Program-made: the position numbers and the translations under genes | Assembly (NCBI RefSeq): GCF_009914755.1 | Contig: NC_060947.1 | Direction: 5' to 3' (one strand) | DNA length: 64,000 nt | Origin: the human T2T-CHM13v2.0 reference genome, Homo sapiens | Notes under the pieces: generated by a model | Databases searched by the model: none | Seen by the model: the letters and a program-made list of their open reading frames with translations, nothing else | Told to the model about the DNA's origin: nothing | In this document: piece by piece, positions 13,585 through 27,104 of the stretch | How positions within the stretch are numbered: the stretch's first letter is position 1 | Layout: each line of letters begins with the position of its first letter

Positions 13585-13992
13585 ATATGTGTGAGAGTGT
13601 GAGTGGGGAGTGTGTGTGTGAGTGTGACTGTGAGTAACTGTGTGTGAGTGTGTGTGTATGTATGTGCCCATGTGTGTGCTCACTGGGTAAGTGTGTGAGT
13701 TGTGTAGGTGTGAGAGCATGTAAATATGTGTGAATCATTGTGTAACTGTGTGGGCCACCGAGCTTGTGTGGGTGAGGGTGAGTGAGCACATATGACTGTG
13801 AGGATGTGTCTGCGTGAGATTGTGAGTGTGTGCATGAGTGTGTGAGTGTGTGTTTGTGTAAGTAGGTGAGTGAGCATGAGTTCATGCATATGAGCAGGTG
13901 TGAGTATGTGTGCGTGCATGTGAGTGGGTGTGAGTAAGCATGTGTGAGCGCACACATGACCAGGTGTATGAGTGTGTGTGTGCGTGCGTGCG
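13585..13992. repeat. Degenerate (TG/TGAG)n simple repeat
   Basis: Seen directly. Confidence 0.9.
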
Positions 13993-15029
13993 CGAACCTC
14001 AGCTTTCCACGGCACCAGCTGCTTCCTGTGGAAGGGAGGGGCAGTCTGTGGGGGTTGTGACGGTTCCCTGGTCTCAGGGGCAGCAGAAGCTTTCTGTCCT
14101 TTGGTCCCTAGCACAGTGGTGCCTCCTCAAAGAGGCCTTCCCTGAGCCGCCAGCAGCCTCTTTCATGGCTCCCCATCAATGGGGTTCCATAGCTCCGACC
14201 CCAGCGGCGTGAGCACATTTGCCATCCGACGGCCACTCCCTGCTTTGTGGTCCCTGCTGTGTCCCCAGTGTTCAGCTCTGGTCTGGCACACAGCATGTCC
14301 AGGGCCCTCTTTGTCCAAGGCAAGAAAGAATTTGAGGCTGCGTCCAGGCCTCTTGCACCTGCCTCAGGCTCCCGCCCAGAGCCTCTACCTGTGCCCCAGC
14401 GAGCATTCTCTGCTCGCTGCTCAGAATGCTCGCAAAGGCCGGCCCTGGGGTCAGAGGCCTCCACAGCCCCTGGAGCTGGGAAGCCTGGGGGTCCACCGGC
14501 AGGCACGGGGGTCTCTTTCCAGGTAGGTGGGAACGCGTGCTTGTGGGTGTGGACAGGTGTCTGCACTGGGGTTTGTCTGTGTGTCTGTCTCCACTCACAC
14601 CGGGGATGTATGTGCCCCTGCGTGTCTGTCTCTGGTGCCCACCTGTGTGCAGTCTCTGTGTTCTGCCTAACGGTGGTGTTCCCGTGATAACCGACGGTGA
14701 GGATCTCCGGTAAGCGCCGCTTCCTCTGGGAAGACGCATTTGGACGCCCGTACTCTCAACAGGTAATGGAGTTTGCAGGAGACCACCAATGCCTTGGAGT
14801 CCACTGAGGCAAGACCCAAGGACCCCACGCTACACATCAGCCACCCGGCTCTGTGCCCCATTTTACTGTTGGGGAGACGCACCTAGAGGGCAGGGTCTGG
14901 AGAGGTAGTGGCAGCCTCAGTCGCAAGCTCAGGGTGCTCTCTCTGCACTCACAGGTGCCATGGTCCCCCAGTTTCCATCCCCACCCACCCCCACTCGGCC
15001 AGTGCCCTTTGGGGGCAATGCCAGGCCAG

Positions 15030-15970
15030 GAAGGGCGGGCACCCTCGCGCGTCCTGGGGACAGAAGGGCGCGCACCGGGCGCGTAGCTCCTGAGCCCCGA
15101 GGCCCCTGCGCCGCGCACCGCCCCCCGCGCCCGCTCCCTCCTCCCTCCCTCCTCCTCACCCAGCTCCCTCCCCTCCCCCCTCCCTCCCTCCGCGCTCAGA
15201 GCTGCGGTTGGAGCCGAGCGCGCCGCGTCGCCCGCCGCGGGTGCAGAGCGTGGGGAGCACTCGGCCGCAGCCCTCGCTCGCCGCAGAGGGTCGCGTCCCG
15301 CGCCGCCGGCCAGGCCGCCCCGTGCCCAGGCCTTTCCATCCTTGGAGCGGATCGTTGCCCGCCTGACGCCCGCCCGCAGCGACAGCGCCCGCCGGAGCCG
15401 AGGCCGCGGCGGCGGCCGTGCCCATGCCCGGGTAAGTGGTGCTCTGGGCGCGCGGGCGCCGCCGGGGTGGGCGCGGGCGCGGCGCGGGCACAAGGCGCGG
15501 GTGGGGATGGGAGGATGACCCGGCAGGTGGTGCGGCGGCAGGTAGGGGGACACGGGTCCCCGCCCGAGGCACCTGAGCCCCGCGCCGGGCCTGCGTGTCC
15601 TTGCGGCACTGCGGCCGCGCGTCACCCCGGGGCCCCAGGCCGGCGGGCAGCGCCCCGCACCCTGCACCCTGCGCCCCGCATCGCGCGCGCACGCGCATCC
15701 GTGTCTGAGGAACAAGGCCCTTGGGGGCTGCGGGCCGGGGCTCAGGGTGGGCGCAGCCGGGGGCGCGGGATCTGGGCCGGGAGCCCGCCAGTGCGCACGC
15801 ACCTTCCCGGAGCCTCGGGCACCCCCTCCCCCCCGCGCCCTCACACTGTATCATCCTTCCCCTCTCGCCTTCCCGCACCGTTCCCCGCACGCCCACGCGG
15901 CTGCCCAGCAGACCCCACCGCGGTCATGGGCAGTGCCCACGAGAAGCCGCCCGGGGCCGCACTTAGGTAA
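15030..15970. promoter_or_regulatory. ATP2B3: CpG island / ATP2B3 promoter with GC boxes and a C-rich polypyrimidine tract (15120-15190)
   Basis: Abrupt high CpG density (gcgcgccgcgtcgcccgccgcgg etc.) against CpG-depleted flanks; contains a strong donor. Confidence 0.9.
15200..15431 (+). other. ATP2B3: Inferred ATP2B3 non-coding exon 1 (5' end approximate)
   Basis: Consensus donor CGG|gtaagt at 15432 inside the CpG island, upstream of the coding exons. Confidence 0.7.
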
Positions 15971-15987
15971 CTTCTCCATCCCTCCAG

Positions 15988-16107
15988 GAACGGCTGTCTC
16001 CCCCTCCTCGCCTGTGTGACCTTGGCCAGCCAGCTTTTCCTGTGGCCGCCTGCGTTTTCTCACGGGTGAAAGCTCTGGCTTTAAGATTCTGGAATTTGGA
16101 ATGGCAG
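15988..16107 (+). other. ATP2B3: Inferred ATP2B3 non-coding exon 2 (120 nt)
   Basis: Branch-like ggtaac, pyrimidine tract cttctccatccctccag acceptor, and CAG|gtgcgg donor. Confidence 0.55.
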
Positions 16108-18069
16108 GTGCGGCATCTCCCAGAGCCTGAGACGATGGGCTTCTCTCTCTGTGACCTGGTGTCCTTCCTTCTGCTGGCCCTTCTGGGGGTTGGTGGCTCA
16201 GCCAGCCGGCTGAGGAGGGGTGGGAGGCAGGGCAGGGGCATGGCGCCGGGGCAGGTCAGGACTGGAGGGAGTCTTGGAGAGCCCGCGGTGAGGGCTCCAT
16301 GAGGGTTTAGGAGAGACTGTGGAAATGCTCCTTCGCTCACTCAAGGGGCAGGGAAGGGACCAGAATTCCTCAACGAGATGCTTGCCATTTCCTGGCGAGG
16401 TCATATAACTTTCAAAGATGAAGCCCAGGGCCTCCGACCTCAAAGGAGTCCCTGCCTGCTAAAGGATCAAGTCCAGCCTGTCCCCAACTGGCCCCCATCC
16501 TGAATTCCACTGGCACCCTAAACGTCAGCCGACTTCCCCTGGCTGACTTGGGCACCAGTCTGGCAGGCACCCCCTGCACCTCCTCCCCTCCTTTGCCCAC
16601 TAGGATCTGTGCCCTCACCCCCTGCCATTGCCCCTCACTAGTCAGTGACCATCTTAAGGCAAGGACTGGCTCTTCATTTGCACAGGCCTGGCACAGAGTG
16701 GGCACCTGGTTTCTGCATGGCATATTCATGACCTTGACCTCACTGAATCTGCAGACTCACTGAACAGGAGAGGCAAGGCCTGGATTTTTGTCCCCATTTT
16801 TCAGATGGGATCATTGAGGCCCCCAAGAGGAGAAGGGATTCAGCCCTGAATTGAGGCCCCTTCCTTCATGAGCAGATGGCTAGGGACATTCCTATGAACC
16901 TGGTGGGGCAGGGAGGCGGGGAGAGGTTATCGTAATAATCAAAGACCAGCCCCACTTCCTGAGCTCCATCTGAGTCTCACCTCAACCACACGAGTGAATG
17001 GCTGTTTTCATCCCCAACCCCCACCCCCCGCCGCCACTTTTCACAGATGAGGAAACCGAAGCCATGTGGCTCATTAAAGGGGCACTGGGATGCCGAGGAG
17101 AGGGCTGGGGATGCCTGGGCCCCTGTGGGACACAGCTGAGACCCAGCAGAGGGTCCCAGGGTGAGGTCAGCCCCTCAAGTCTGCGCCATCGGAACGGGCT
17201 GGGAACTTGTGGTCCCCGGCCATTGATTGTCACTGCTGCAGGCCCCGAGGCGGGGGACAGCCAAGGACACAGCCAGTCTCCATCAGCTCCACCTGGGCCG
17301 TGCCCTGCACGGCCAGGTGGTTTGAGTGCAGGAGTAGGCATGCTCTCACACAGCAGGGGGTAACGGGCAGATGGAAGTGGGGCGGGCGTGGGAGGGGGCC
17401 TTGCACAGAGCCAGAAGGAGAGCCGGTCCCTGAGGAAGGAAGCCCCTAAGGCAAAGAGCATGCCAGGGGACAGCCACAATGCCAGGTGATGGAGATGCCC
17501 CAATCGGCCCCCGAGGGGCAAGGAAGGGGCCAGAGGAGGCTCGTGAGGGTGCCTGGGGCTTCAGTGACAGCAGCCCCTTACCTGATGGTCTTTGTGACCT
17601 TGGCCAAGTCCCTTCTCCATTCCAGATCCAGGGAGGGTGGGGGTGGGCCTGGGGGAGCTGGAGCTTCAGAGGTTGAATCATTCACTAGCAGGAGAAGCCA
17701 AGCCTGTGAGTCAGTGAGTGCTCTCCATCCCAGAACGTCTGCTCCCAGCCCAGGGATGCAGCCACGGAGTGCCGGGGTCAGCCGTGGAGGACCCTCTGAG
17801 AATGTCTTGTGGAAAGGGGCGCCTTGCCTGCCCGGTAGACAGGATGAGGGCGCCCCAGAGCCCCAGGGGCTTCTGAGAGCTGAGTACCCTCTGGGCCTCT
17901 TGCAGCCAGCAGAGCCAGGCAGAGCTTCTTCTGGCCTTTTCACCTCCTCCCCCACCTCACAGAGCAAGTCATCAGCACATATGAACTCCCCTCTGATTTT
18001 AAACTGATGGCTTGTGTATTTCACCAATGGCCACTGTCTCCATCAGTGGTCAGTAGCACATCAAGTAAT

Positions 18070-18320
18070 GTCAACAATGATAATAGTTATAATGGCAGTC
18101 ACTTTATGTCAGACACTGAGTGCTGCACAGACATTTCCTTGCCCACTTAATTGAAACAACAACAAATGATTGCAAGTGCTGTTATCCCCATTTTGCATTG
18201 CGGCTGAGGCCCAGAGAGGCTAGGTAACTTGCCCAAGGTCACACAGCCAGTAGGTAGCAAATCCAGGGCTGGAATGTAGTCCATCAGGCTCCGGAGTCTG
18301 GTCTGTGCTTGTAGCCATTA
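18070..18320 (-). mobile_element. MIR SINE
   Basis: ccccattttgc...tgaggcccagagaggctaggtaacttgcccaaggtcacacagccagt matches the MIR core in antisense. Confidence 0.8.
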
Positions 18321-19284
18321 GTTCCTGTATCTCCAGAAGTGTGTGCGGAAGTCAGCAGAGTAGAGTGTGGTTCGTGTGAACTCACTGTCTCGGGTACTCC
18401 CAGCCTTGTGGGCTGAAGCCGGGGATTCTTGGGAAGACCTTGCAGCTCAGAAGCTGAGCCACCTGCACCTCTGCCCCGTCTACCCACTGAGAGAAATGGA
18501 CAACAGGTGGATTTATATCAGTCTCCAGCAACTCAGGGACCGGTTTAGCTCTGCATTCATGGCCCCTTCAGGGCACCCGGAAGCACTGGCAGTGCACGTA
18601 AATGGCAGCTGATAGATGGGGACCTGTGCCATGGTACTGAAGGCAAACACTTCCCTCTAAGCCTCTTGCTGTGACTTTGCAGCAAGCTCCCCAGCAACGC
18701 CCCGGGCTGGGTATGCCAGGCAGAGACCTGGAGCATGCACAGGGCTCCTCCCTTCCCCGCCCTGGCTAAGCTGGCAGAAGCCAGGCCAAGCAGCGCCTGG
18801 CTGGAAAGCCCTCCCCTGCCTGGGCTCCTTCTGTTGGGTGGGCGGTGCTGGCAGTGGGCCTGGGAGCCTGCGGAGAAGGATCAGAGCCACGCGTCACTGG
18901 GGCAGAGGGAAGCAGGCTCTCAAATGCAGGGGAATTCGGGCATCCTGGACTGCCCAAGGTTGGGAAGGAGACAAGTCCAAGGTCACATGGCTGAGTAGGT
19001 GGCAGGACTTGAATCAGAGCAACAAGGCAAGGGTGGAAATGCCAATGGTTGGGGAATCTTGGGACTGGCAGGACTCTTTTAGAGCACGAGGAGGTTTCCG
19101 GAGTCTTGGTTCCAAATCAAAGTTGTACAAAGCGAGTATGTCCGTGTCCTTGAAGAGCACCTTATTTAAAGGGGTCCTGAGCCAGCCTCTCTTGTTCTGT
19201 AGGTGGGTCTCTCAGTAAGCGAGCAACCATTTTATTCCAGTGAGAAGTTCTCCCCTGAGGCCACAGGCTCGAGGCACTTTCTCC

Positions 19285-19450
19285 AGCTGCACTGTCCAAG
19301 CAGCGATTTTATTAGAATGCACTTCCTCAGGTGCACCAGCCACATTTCAAGGGCTCAGGAGCCACCCAAGGCTGGTGGCTACCGTCACAGACAGTGCAGA
19401 GAGAGAACATTTCCATCACTCCCGAATGCTCTGTCACACAGAGCTGCTCT
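19285..19450. mobile_element. MER3-like hAT-Charlie DNA transposon remnant
   Basis: gccacatttcaagggctca...ggctggtggctaccgt...gacagtgcag...agaacatttccatcac resembles the MER3 3' half (from memory). Confidence 0.6.
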
Positions 19451-20459
19451 ACAGGAAATGGAAACCCAAGTCCTCACACGGACCCTGAAGCCACCTCCCA
19501 CACCCACTCCCTGGTGGCACAAGGCCACTAATGCAGCAGCTTGGGCTCCCCCAGAGAACCATCCTGAAGAGAAGCCCCAAAGAGGGCTGACTGCTCACAG
19601 AAATTTGAAGAGGTGTTCTGTGGTGGGACAGGCTCCAGTCTGAGAGCTTAACAGGTAGGGACAGAAAGTGCCAGGCTGGGCTTGAACGGGTCGTTCCTCA
19701 GAATGGATGAGTGCATTCTATTGTCAGAATGGCGCCAGCTATGCCAGGGGGCCACATCTTATTGATGTGATGGGCATGAGGGACACTGCCCTGGTTCACT
19801 GTGTGCCAGGCTCTGTGTTTGCTTCAGGGGAGACGACGGAAAGCAAAAAGCAAACGCAATGCCCTTCCTGCCCTCCTGGAGCCTTTGTGCTTTGCTCAGT
19901 GTTCACCAAAGTAAGAGTGCAAACCTGGCTGGGGCCGGGAGGATGGACTGAGGCCACGAGGCCAGCCGGTATCTCCCAGGGCTCGGGTCCACAACCTGAG
20001 TCCCCGCCCATCCTGCCCTGACCCCGCCTCCTCAGGTAGCCACACATGGCTGGTGGCTACCATATGGGACAGTGCAGAGACTCCGGGATGTACTGTCACA
20101 CAGAGCTGCTTTGGAGCAAATGGAGACCCGAGTCCTCACACGGACCTAGACACCCCCCACCAAGCCCACTGCCCCATGCCTCCTTGGAAGGCAGTGGCCA
20201 AGCATGTACTCTCCAGGGGCTGCGCAGATACCTAGACAAACACAGACCAGGGAGGAGGGAAAGGGCCTCTGTCCCAGCAGCTCACCGTGCTGTGGGGGAT
20301 GCCCAGACCTCGCCTCGTGCTGACTCCAGTGGTCCTAGCACACCCAGCATGGGGCAAAAACCAGATCCGGCCACCGCCTGGTCCTTATTAGGCCCCACCA
20401 TATGCCCAGCGCACTGCCTGTGCTCAGGAAACAGCAGGGAGGAGACGTGGGTTTTTTTT

Positions 20460-21535
<1,076 letters not shown>

Positions 21536-21859
21536 TGAAGTCTTAGTGTTTCTTCTGTGGGCTTGAATAAACTGTATGCATGAAAAAACAGTGACAATTT
21601 AACAGATTTGTTGCAAATAATTTTTAAGACCTTTGTTCTTTGCCATTTTTTTTTTTCATGCAAAAGGTAAACACTTTGTTGCTCACAATTATTTGTGATT
21701 TCTTCCATTGTTTCTAGGCTTAGAAAATCCCTTTCGGAAATTTGAGAGCTGTTCATTTCTGAGTTTTCCATGTGTCTTCGTGTGTGTGTGTCTGTGTGTG
21801 TGTGTGTGTGTGTATTGGGGTGGTGTAGTTGCATTTTTAAGATACTTAACTCTTTAATT

Positions 21860-22080
21860 TAGGGATTAGCAAGCTTTTTCTGCAAAAGGCCAGATGGTAA
21901 ATAGATTTCCAGTTTGCAGGCCACATAGTCTCTGTCCCGACTACTCAACTCTGCATGGTAGCCTGCAAGTAGCCACAGACAATGCGAAATGAGGGGGTGA
22001 GGCTGTGTCCCAATAAAACTTTATTCACAAGAACACTGGGCTGCCAGATTTGGCACTTAAGCTGTAATTTGCCAAACCTG
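21860..22080. mobile_element. MER58A-like hAT-Charlie MITE
   Basis: agggattagcaagc...ttgccaaacctg degenerate terminal inverted repeats; internal aaaggccagatggtaaata, actactcaactctgc and ggctgtgtcccaataaaactttatt. Confidence 0.75.
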
Positions 22081-25000
22081 TTGAATCCAAATGAGATGTG
22101 TCTTAGGGGATAGTTTGAGGTGAGGATCTAAGGTGCATCCTTTGCAGATTGCTAACCAGTTGTCCCCATCTCTAGTAGCAAATCGGTTGTTCCCTGGCTC
22201 ATTTGCACGCACTGACACTGGTCTGCAGTCAGACCTGGTGCTGGCTGCCTGTCCTGACCCACGGGCCCATCTGTGTGCTGCTCTACCGGTGATGTGCTTT
22301 TGCCTCTTGTACCTGGTATCATTTAATACCTGACCTGCCGGCCCCACCTCAGCAATCCTAAAGCTTGCTTCTCTGTCCAGTGGACTTCAGAACCACTTTG
22401 TCAAGACCCCCTTCCTCCCTCCCCGCCAAGATAAAGCACTGGGTGATACATTCTCTGGACATCCTCAGAGTTCCGAAGCCGCAGATGAGTCCGGTCCCCA
22501 TGGGGTGGGGTGGCGGCTGGCTCTGTGCAGATGCTGTGGATTTGACTCTCCGCAGATGGGAGGCGGGTGTGGGCAGTACAGCGCCATCCTGAGTGAAGGC
22601 CCCCAGCTGAGGATAGCCAGACGGCCCTGGGAACGCCACAGCCTCCTGACTGAGAAACACGAAAACAAAGCCGGCAGTACAAGAGAGCGCGGGAGATTGG
22701 GAAGCCACTGTGGGCCGGCAGAAGATGACCTCAAATGACAGGACTTAGGCCTTTCTGCTGCTCTTTTGGAAATCACTGTCCTGACACTCAGAATTCCCTG
22801 CACTCCGGCGTTTCAAATCAAACCCTGAACCGGGTTAAGGCGCATGGAGTGGCCGGTTCAAAACTGAACCTACATTCCCACAGATTGCGGGCCAGGGGTG
22901 TGATGGTGGCACAGGGCGTGACCAAATGGGAAGGGGCCCTTTCTCCAGGTTGGACCAGCCCGGCAGTAACCGCTTGGCTCCCTCAAAGAGCAGCAGGGGC
23001 AGGAGAGTGTGTCCAGCCCCAATTCTCGGGCAGAGCAAGGGCTCACCAGGCACAAGGGTCCATTCCGCCCCCCACCATGGGCCTCAGCTCCATTTCTCCT
23101 GGAAGCATCCAGGACCAGACACTGCCACATCTTGGCTTGGAGCCACAGGCCCAGGAGAGATGGGCTCAGGAGCAGCTGGTCCTGGCTCCTCTGGCTCCTG
23201 GGGTCTCTGGGTACCTTCCTGTAGTCAGAGGGCGGCTGCCAGCAGATGGTCCCACGTCTGGTGCAGGAGAAGAGGGAGGGCTGTGGACGGGTAGGGCACG
23301 TCTCCCACCTAGTCTCATCTCTCCCTCCTGGCCTGTGGTTCATCTGCCCACAACACTGTGACCAGCAGCTAGGCTTGGAAACCTCTGTCCTGGGGAGTGG
23401 AGCAAGAGTCCCCCCTTGTAACCCATCCATGGGGCCAGAGGGTAAGAATGCGCTGACCTGGGGGCCACTGCCCCAGACGCCTGCCCTGGTAGCCCCTAGG
23501 GAGGCACTCGTGGCTGTGTCTGTAGGTGGGATGGGGTGGGTCAGGGCTCCCAGGCCACCGCCTGGCCCTCTGCGCCCCATCCACCCTTCCCCGAAGGAGG
23601 AAGCTGGGCTATAGCACAATCGTGGGAGGGGGTATCTGAGATGGAGACGGGCAGGGTTGGGGTCTCCCCTAAGGGAGGAGGAGAGGGGGTGAGCACACAG
23701 AGCAGAAATCCACCCCTTCAGGTCCTGTCCCCAGCCCAGCTGTGCTCTCCCGGTGCCTTCCCAGTCGGGAGAGCAGGCATCTGTCCATGAGCACAGAGGG
23801 GGCGGGAGGAATGGTGCTGATGACAGATGATGATAAGAGGGTCAGGAACTGGAGGAGCAGCTGGTGGTGGGAGGGTAGGGGGAGCTGATGGGCTGTGGGG
23901 CGCACTGAGGGAGAGACTCGGAGCCCTGTGTTGGTGTTGGGTCCCGGCCTGAGAGGGGGCCTCTGCCTCTGCACTCCCTTCAGGCACTCCTGGAGCACGG
24001 CAGGAACTTGGTGGTGCTTCCTCTGGGCTTTGCTGGAAAAGCTTTGGGCTCGTATGCCGGGTTCCTCGCTCAGAAATAGTGTCTTAGGCAAAATTCAAAA
24101 ATGAACCAGCAATGCTCAGTTCACGCGATTCAGACAGCAGCCAAGCCCTTGATGACCTTCGCGTCCTGCAGCCTCGGCTGCAGCTTCTGAGGTACCCTCT
24201 CTCTGGGCATCCTCGCCACTGGCTCTTCCTCCATCACCACATTTGGCAGCAGGCATCCTGCCCCCTCAGCTGGGGAGAGTGGCACGGATACTTCGGTGTG
24301 CTCGTTCCTTGGGTCTAGATCACAGAAGGGCAGGCTTGACTCCCATCTTCAGTTGGAGCCCCCATTTGGAGGTCTGCCTCCCAGATCCTTTTATTGGCCT
24401 CTGACCTTGACACCAATGCATCCCCCCAGCCTGTACTCCCAAGGACTTTGGCCTGCTTCCAGAAACCAGGATGCCCTCTCTACTGCCCCTGCCAGGATTC
24501 CTAATGGGGCCCCATGGGACTCGTTCCCTAGGAGGACACGTGTATGTGTCCTGGTAGCTCCTTATTTAGTCACTGCCTGTCCAAGCTGGAAGGACTTAGC
24601 CCAGGGCCCACAGCCCCATGGCCTCCAGCTGCCTGTAATTTCCTTAATTACCTATTTAGGCCCCGACGGCTTCCGGTCCTCAGAGCTGGCTCTGAGATTG
24701 GAAGCGGGCTGGGACGGGCACCGAGGTACCACAGCAGAGCCGGGCCGACTTGGGGCACCTCTCCTCCCATCCACGTGCTCTCTGGCTATGAAGGGCTGGG
24801 AGGACAGGGACCCGGCTTCCCATTGGACCCCAAACACGAGGTCTCCGTCCCTTTGTAGGCTAGAGTCTTTCACGCTGGCCACAGCCACAGCGTTTCTAGG
24901 TCCCCATGCCGTCCCTGCCTTCGGGGCTGCTGGGCAGGCCCGGGCTGGCAGGAGGGGCGTGGGGAGCACGTAGGGGCAGGGTAGTGGCTGGCCAGGCTCA

Positions 25001-25759
25001 CGCTGCTATGCAGCTCGCACACCCGCTGTAATTGGATAATTAGTGTCATTATGCTTCCTGCTCCCTCGCTCTCTCTTTCTGCAGCTCTTGCCTTCTCTGG
25101 CAGGAAACAAATGACTGTCCCCCAACCCTCAGTGTAGACTTCTGGCCCCAATCACAAAGGGGCTTCCAACCTCCCCGTGGGATCCAGGGACACCCAGCAT
25201 TGTGAGGGCCGCCTGTGTGGGAGACAGGAGCACTGCGGGAGTCCGGGCAAGCTTGGGGAAGCATCCAGAGAGGCACATGGGTTCAGCCCCCGGCCGAACG
25301 GAATGTTCTGACTTCACCGGTCGAGCTTGGTCCTGACCTGTGAACTCTGGGGTCCAGCTGGAGTCCAGCTGAAGACTTCAGGACAAGCCTCGGGAGGGGA
25401 GCGTGTGGCGGGAGGGGCTGACTCAGCGAAGAGCATTGCCCTGCTCGGCTTCCTGGAGATCTCCTGGGCTTGAAGGAACCTCCGGGAAAATGGGCCCAGT
25501 CCCCTGGGGACCAGCCTCAGGGTGTGTGGGCAGGTGGAGCCCTGCCTTCTCACCAACCCAGCAAAAAGGAACGAGGACCATTTCGCAGATTAAAAAGTGA
25601 AGGCCCAGAGAGCTTGAGTGACCAAAGCCAGCACCTGCACTCTGGAACCCTGAGGTTGATGGGGACAGATTTCCTGTCCAGTCACTTTGCTGAACTCTTT
25701 TCATTGGTTCTAATCACTTGCTCGTTGCTTTTCTGGGCTTTTCAGGGCAGTATAACTTG

Positions 25760-25880
25760 GCAGAGCAGCAATGTCGAATCCTCTGGAGCTAGACCACTTG
25801 AGGTCCTGTTGGCCTCTGCTTCTGGCTTGCCGTGTGACCTTGAGTAGGCTCTCTAACCACTCTGTGCCTGAGCCGCATGT
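25760..25880 (+). mobile_element. MIR fragment
   Basis: gccgtgtgaccttgagtaggctctctaaccactctgtgcctgag resembles the MIR core. Confidence 0.55.
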
Positions 25881-26109
25881 GCTCTTTGGTGGGGAGGGCC
25901 ACCCCATGCTATAGAGGCTGCTGGCAGAGTGATAGTCATTCTGCCTCTCATCCGTGGCTCTATCATCTCCCTTCTGCCTCAGCTAGAACTTCTAGGACAA
26001 TATCACCCCCCAGGGAGCTCAGGGGAAAGTGGGGGTTTGGTAGGTCCTGGAGACCTCAGGGAGGCCTCCTGGCTCTCCCAGAACCAGGCTGGATTTGGGT
26101 TAGGAGTGA

Positions 26110-26540
26110 ACATTTACTCAGGCTATGGGCTTGGCCTATCTAACAGAGACCCAGCATAACAGTGGCTTCATTGAGAGAGAATTGACTTCTTTCTCATGTA
26201 AGAGTCTAGGTGGGCAACCTAGGGCCAGCGCAACAGCTACTTAGCCCTCAGGAATCTGAGCTCCTTTGATTGTGTCATACATGGACTCCATGTGCAAGAT
26301 GGCAACAGATAGATAGCTGCGGCCGCACCTGTCCCCACATCAGCATTCCAGCTGGCAGGAAGGAGGGGAAGGGCAGAGGAGAACACATTCCTTCTCTTTA
26401 AGGACATGGCCCTTGAATTCGTCCCTGTCACTTTTGCTCATACCCAGTTGGCCAGGACAGAGTCAGATGGTCATGGTTAGCTGCAAGGGAGTTGGGGGAA
26501 TGTAATCATTAGCTGGATGACAAGACACTTAGCTGAAAAT
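26110..26540. mobile_element. Old MaLR LTR (MLT1J/K/L-like)
   Basis: taacagtggctt...caagatggc...cagttggccaggacagagtcagatggtcatggttagctgcaagggagttgggggaatgta motifs. Confidence 0.55.
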
Positions 26541-27104
26541 TAAAACATGACGTAGGAGGTGGGAGAGTAGCTAGCAAGTTTCTGCCACACACCTCTGCGG
26601 ATTCATTAACACCTCCTCAAGACACATTTGAGAAGTGGAAGGTACCCATCTTGAGGCCAGGCTTTCCCCAGGTGACCTGGCCAGCCCTTCTGGGGATGGA
26701 ATGGGGTCAGTACCTCTGAAGAAGTGCAGCAAAAAGAGGGGCCATTTGTGAGCAAGAGGGCAGGAGCAGTGGTGATGGCCTCTCTCCACTGATCTGCTCC
26801 TGTGCCACCAAATAGGGTACCCACCTGGCTGGGCAGGATATGGGTGGTGTTAAAAGTCACAGAGGCTGCAGGGTGGGGGTAGGGTGTGTGGGGAAGGGTC
26901 TGCTTGGGTTTCCATATCCAGTAGGGGGGTTTCCTGGAAGTTAAAATCCATACAAGCGAACTGCTGGCTGATTGGGCTGGTCAAGGCAGTGAAACTCCTG
27001 CAATCACGGCGTGTGGCTTGGGCACCACAGGAGGCCATTCAGGCCCAGTGTCCACCACCCTGGACACAGGGCGAAGTGGCTGGTGGGGGCTGCTTGCGTG
27101 TTCT

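Noticed and set aside
9017-14114. Long His/Thr-rich and Cys/Val-rich ORFs (e.g. 9855-10922, 10684-11523)
   Set aside because: They are translations of CA/TG simple repeats, which lack stop codons in several frames.
14837-15970. 335-aa and 336-aa Arg/Pro/Ala-rich ORFs on both strands
   Set aside because: CpG-island composition suppresses stops; no recognisable domain.
21566-22017. Sense AATAAA hexamers in the long 5' intron of ATP2B3
   Set aside because: They lie in AT-rich transposon remnants, where chance occurrence is expected.
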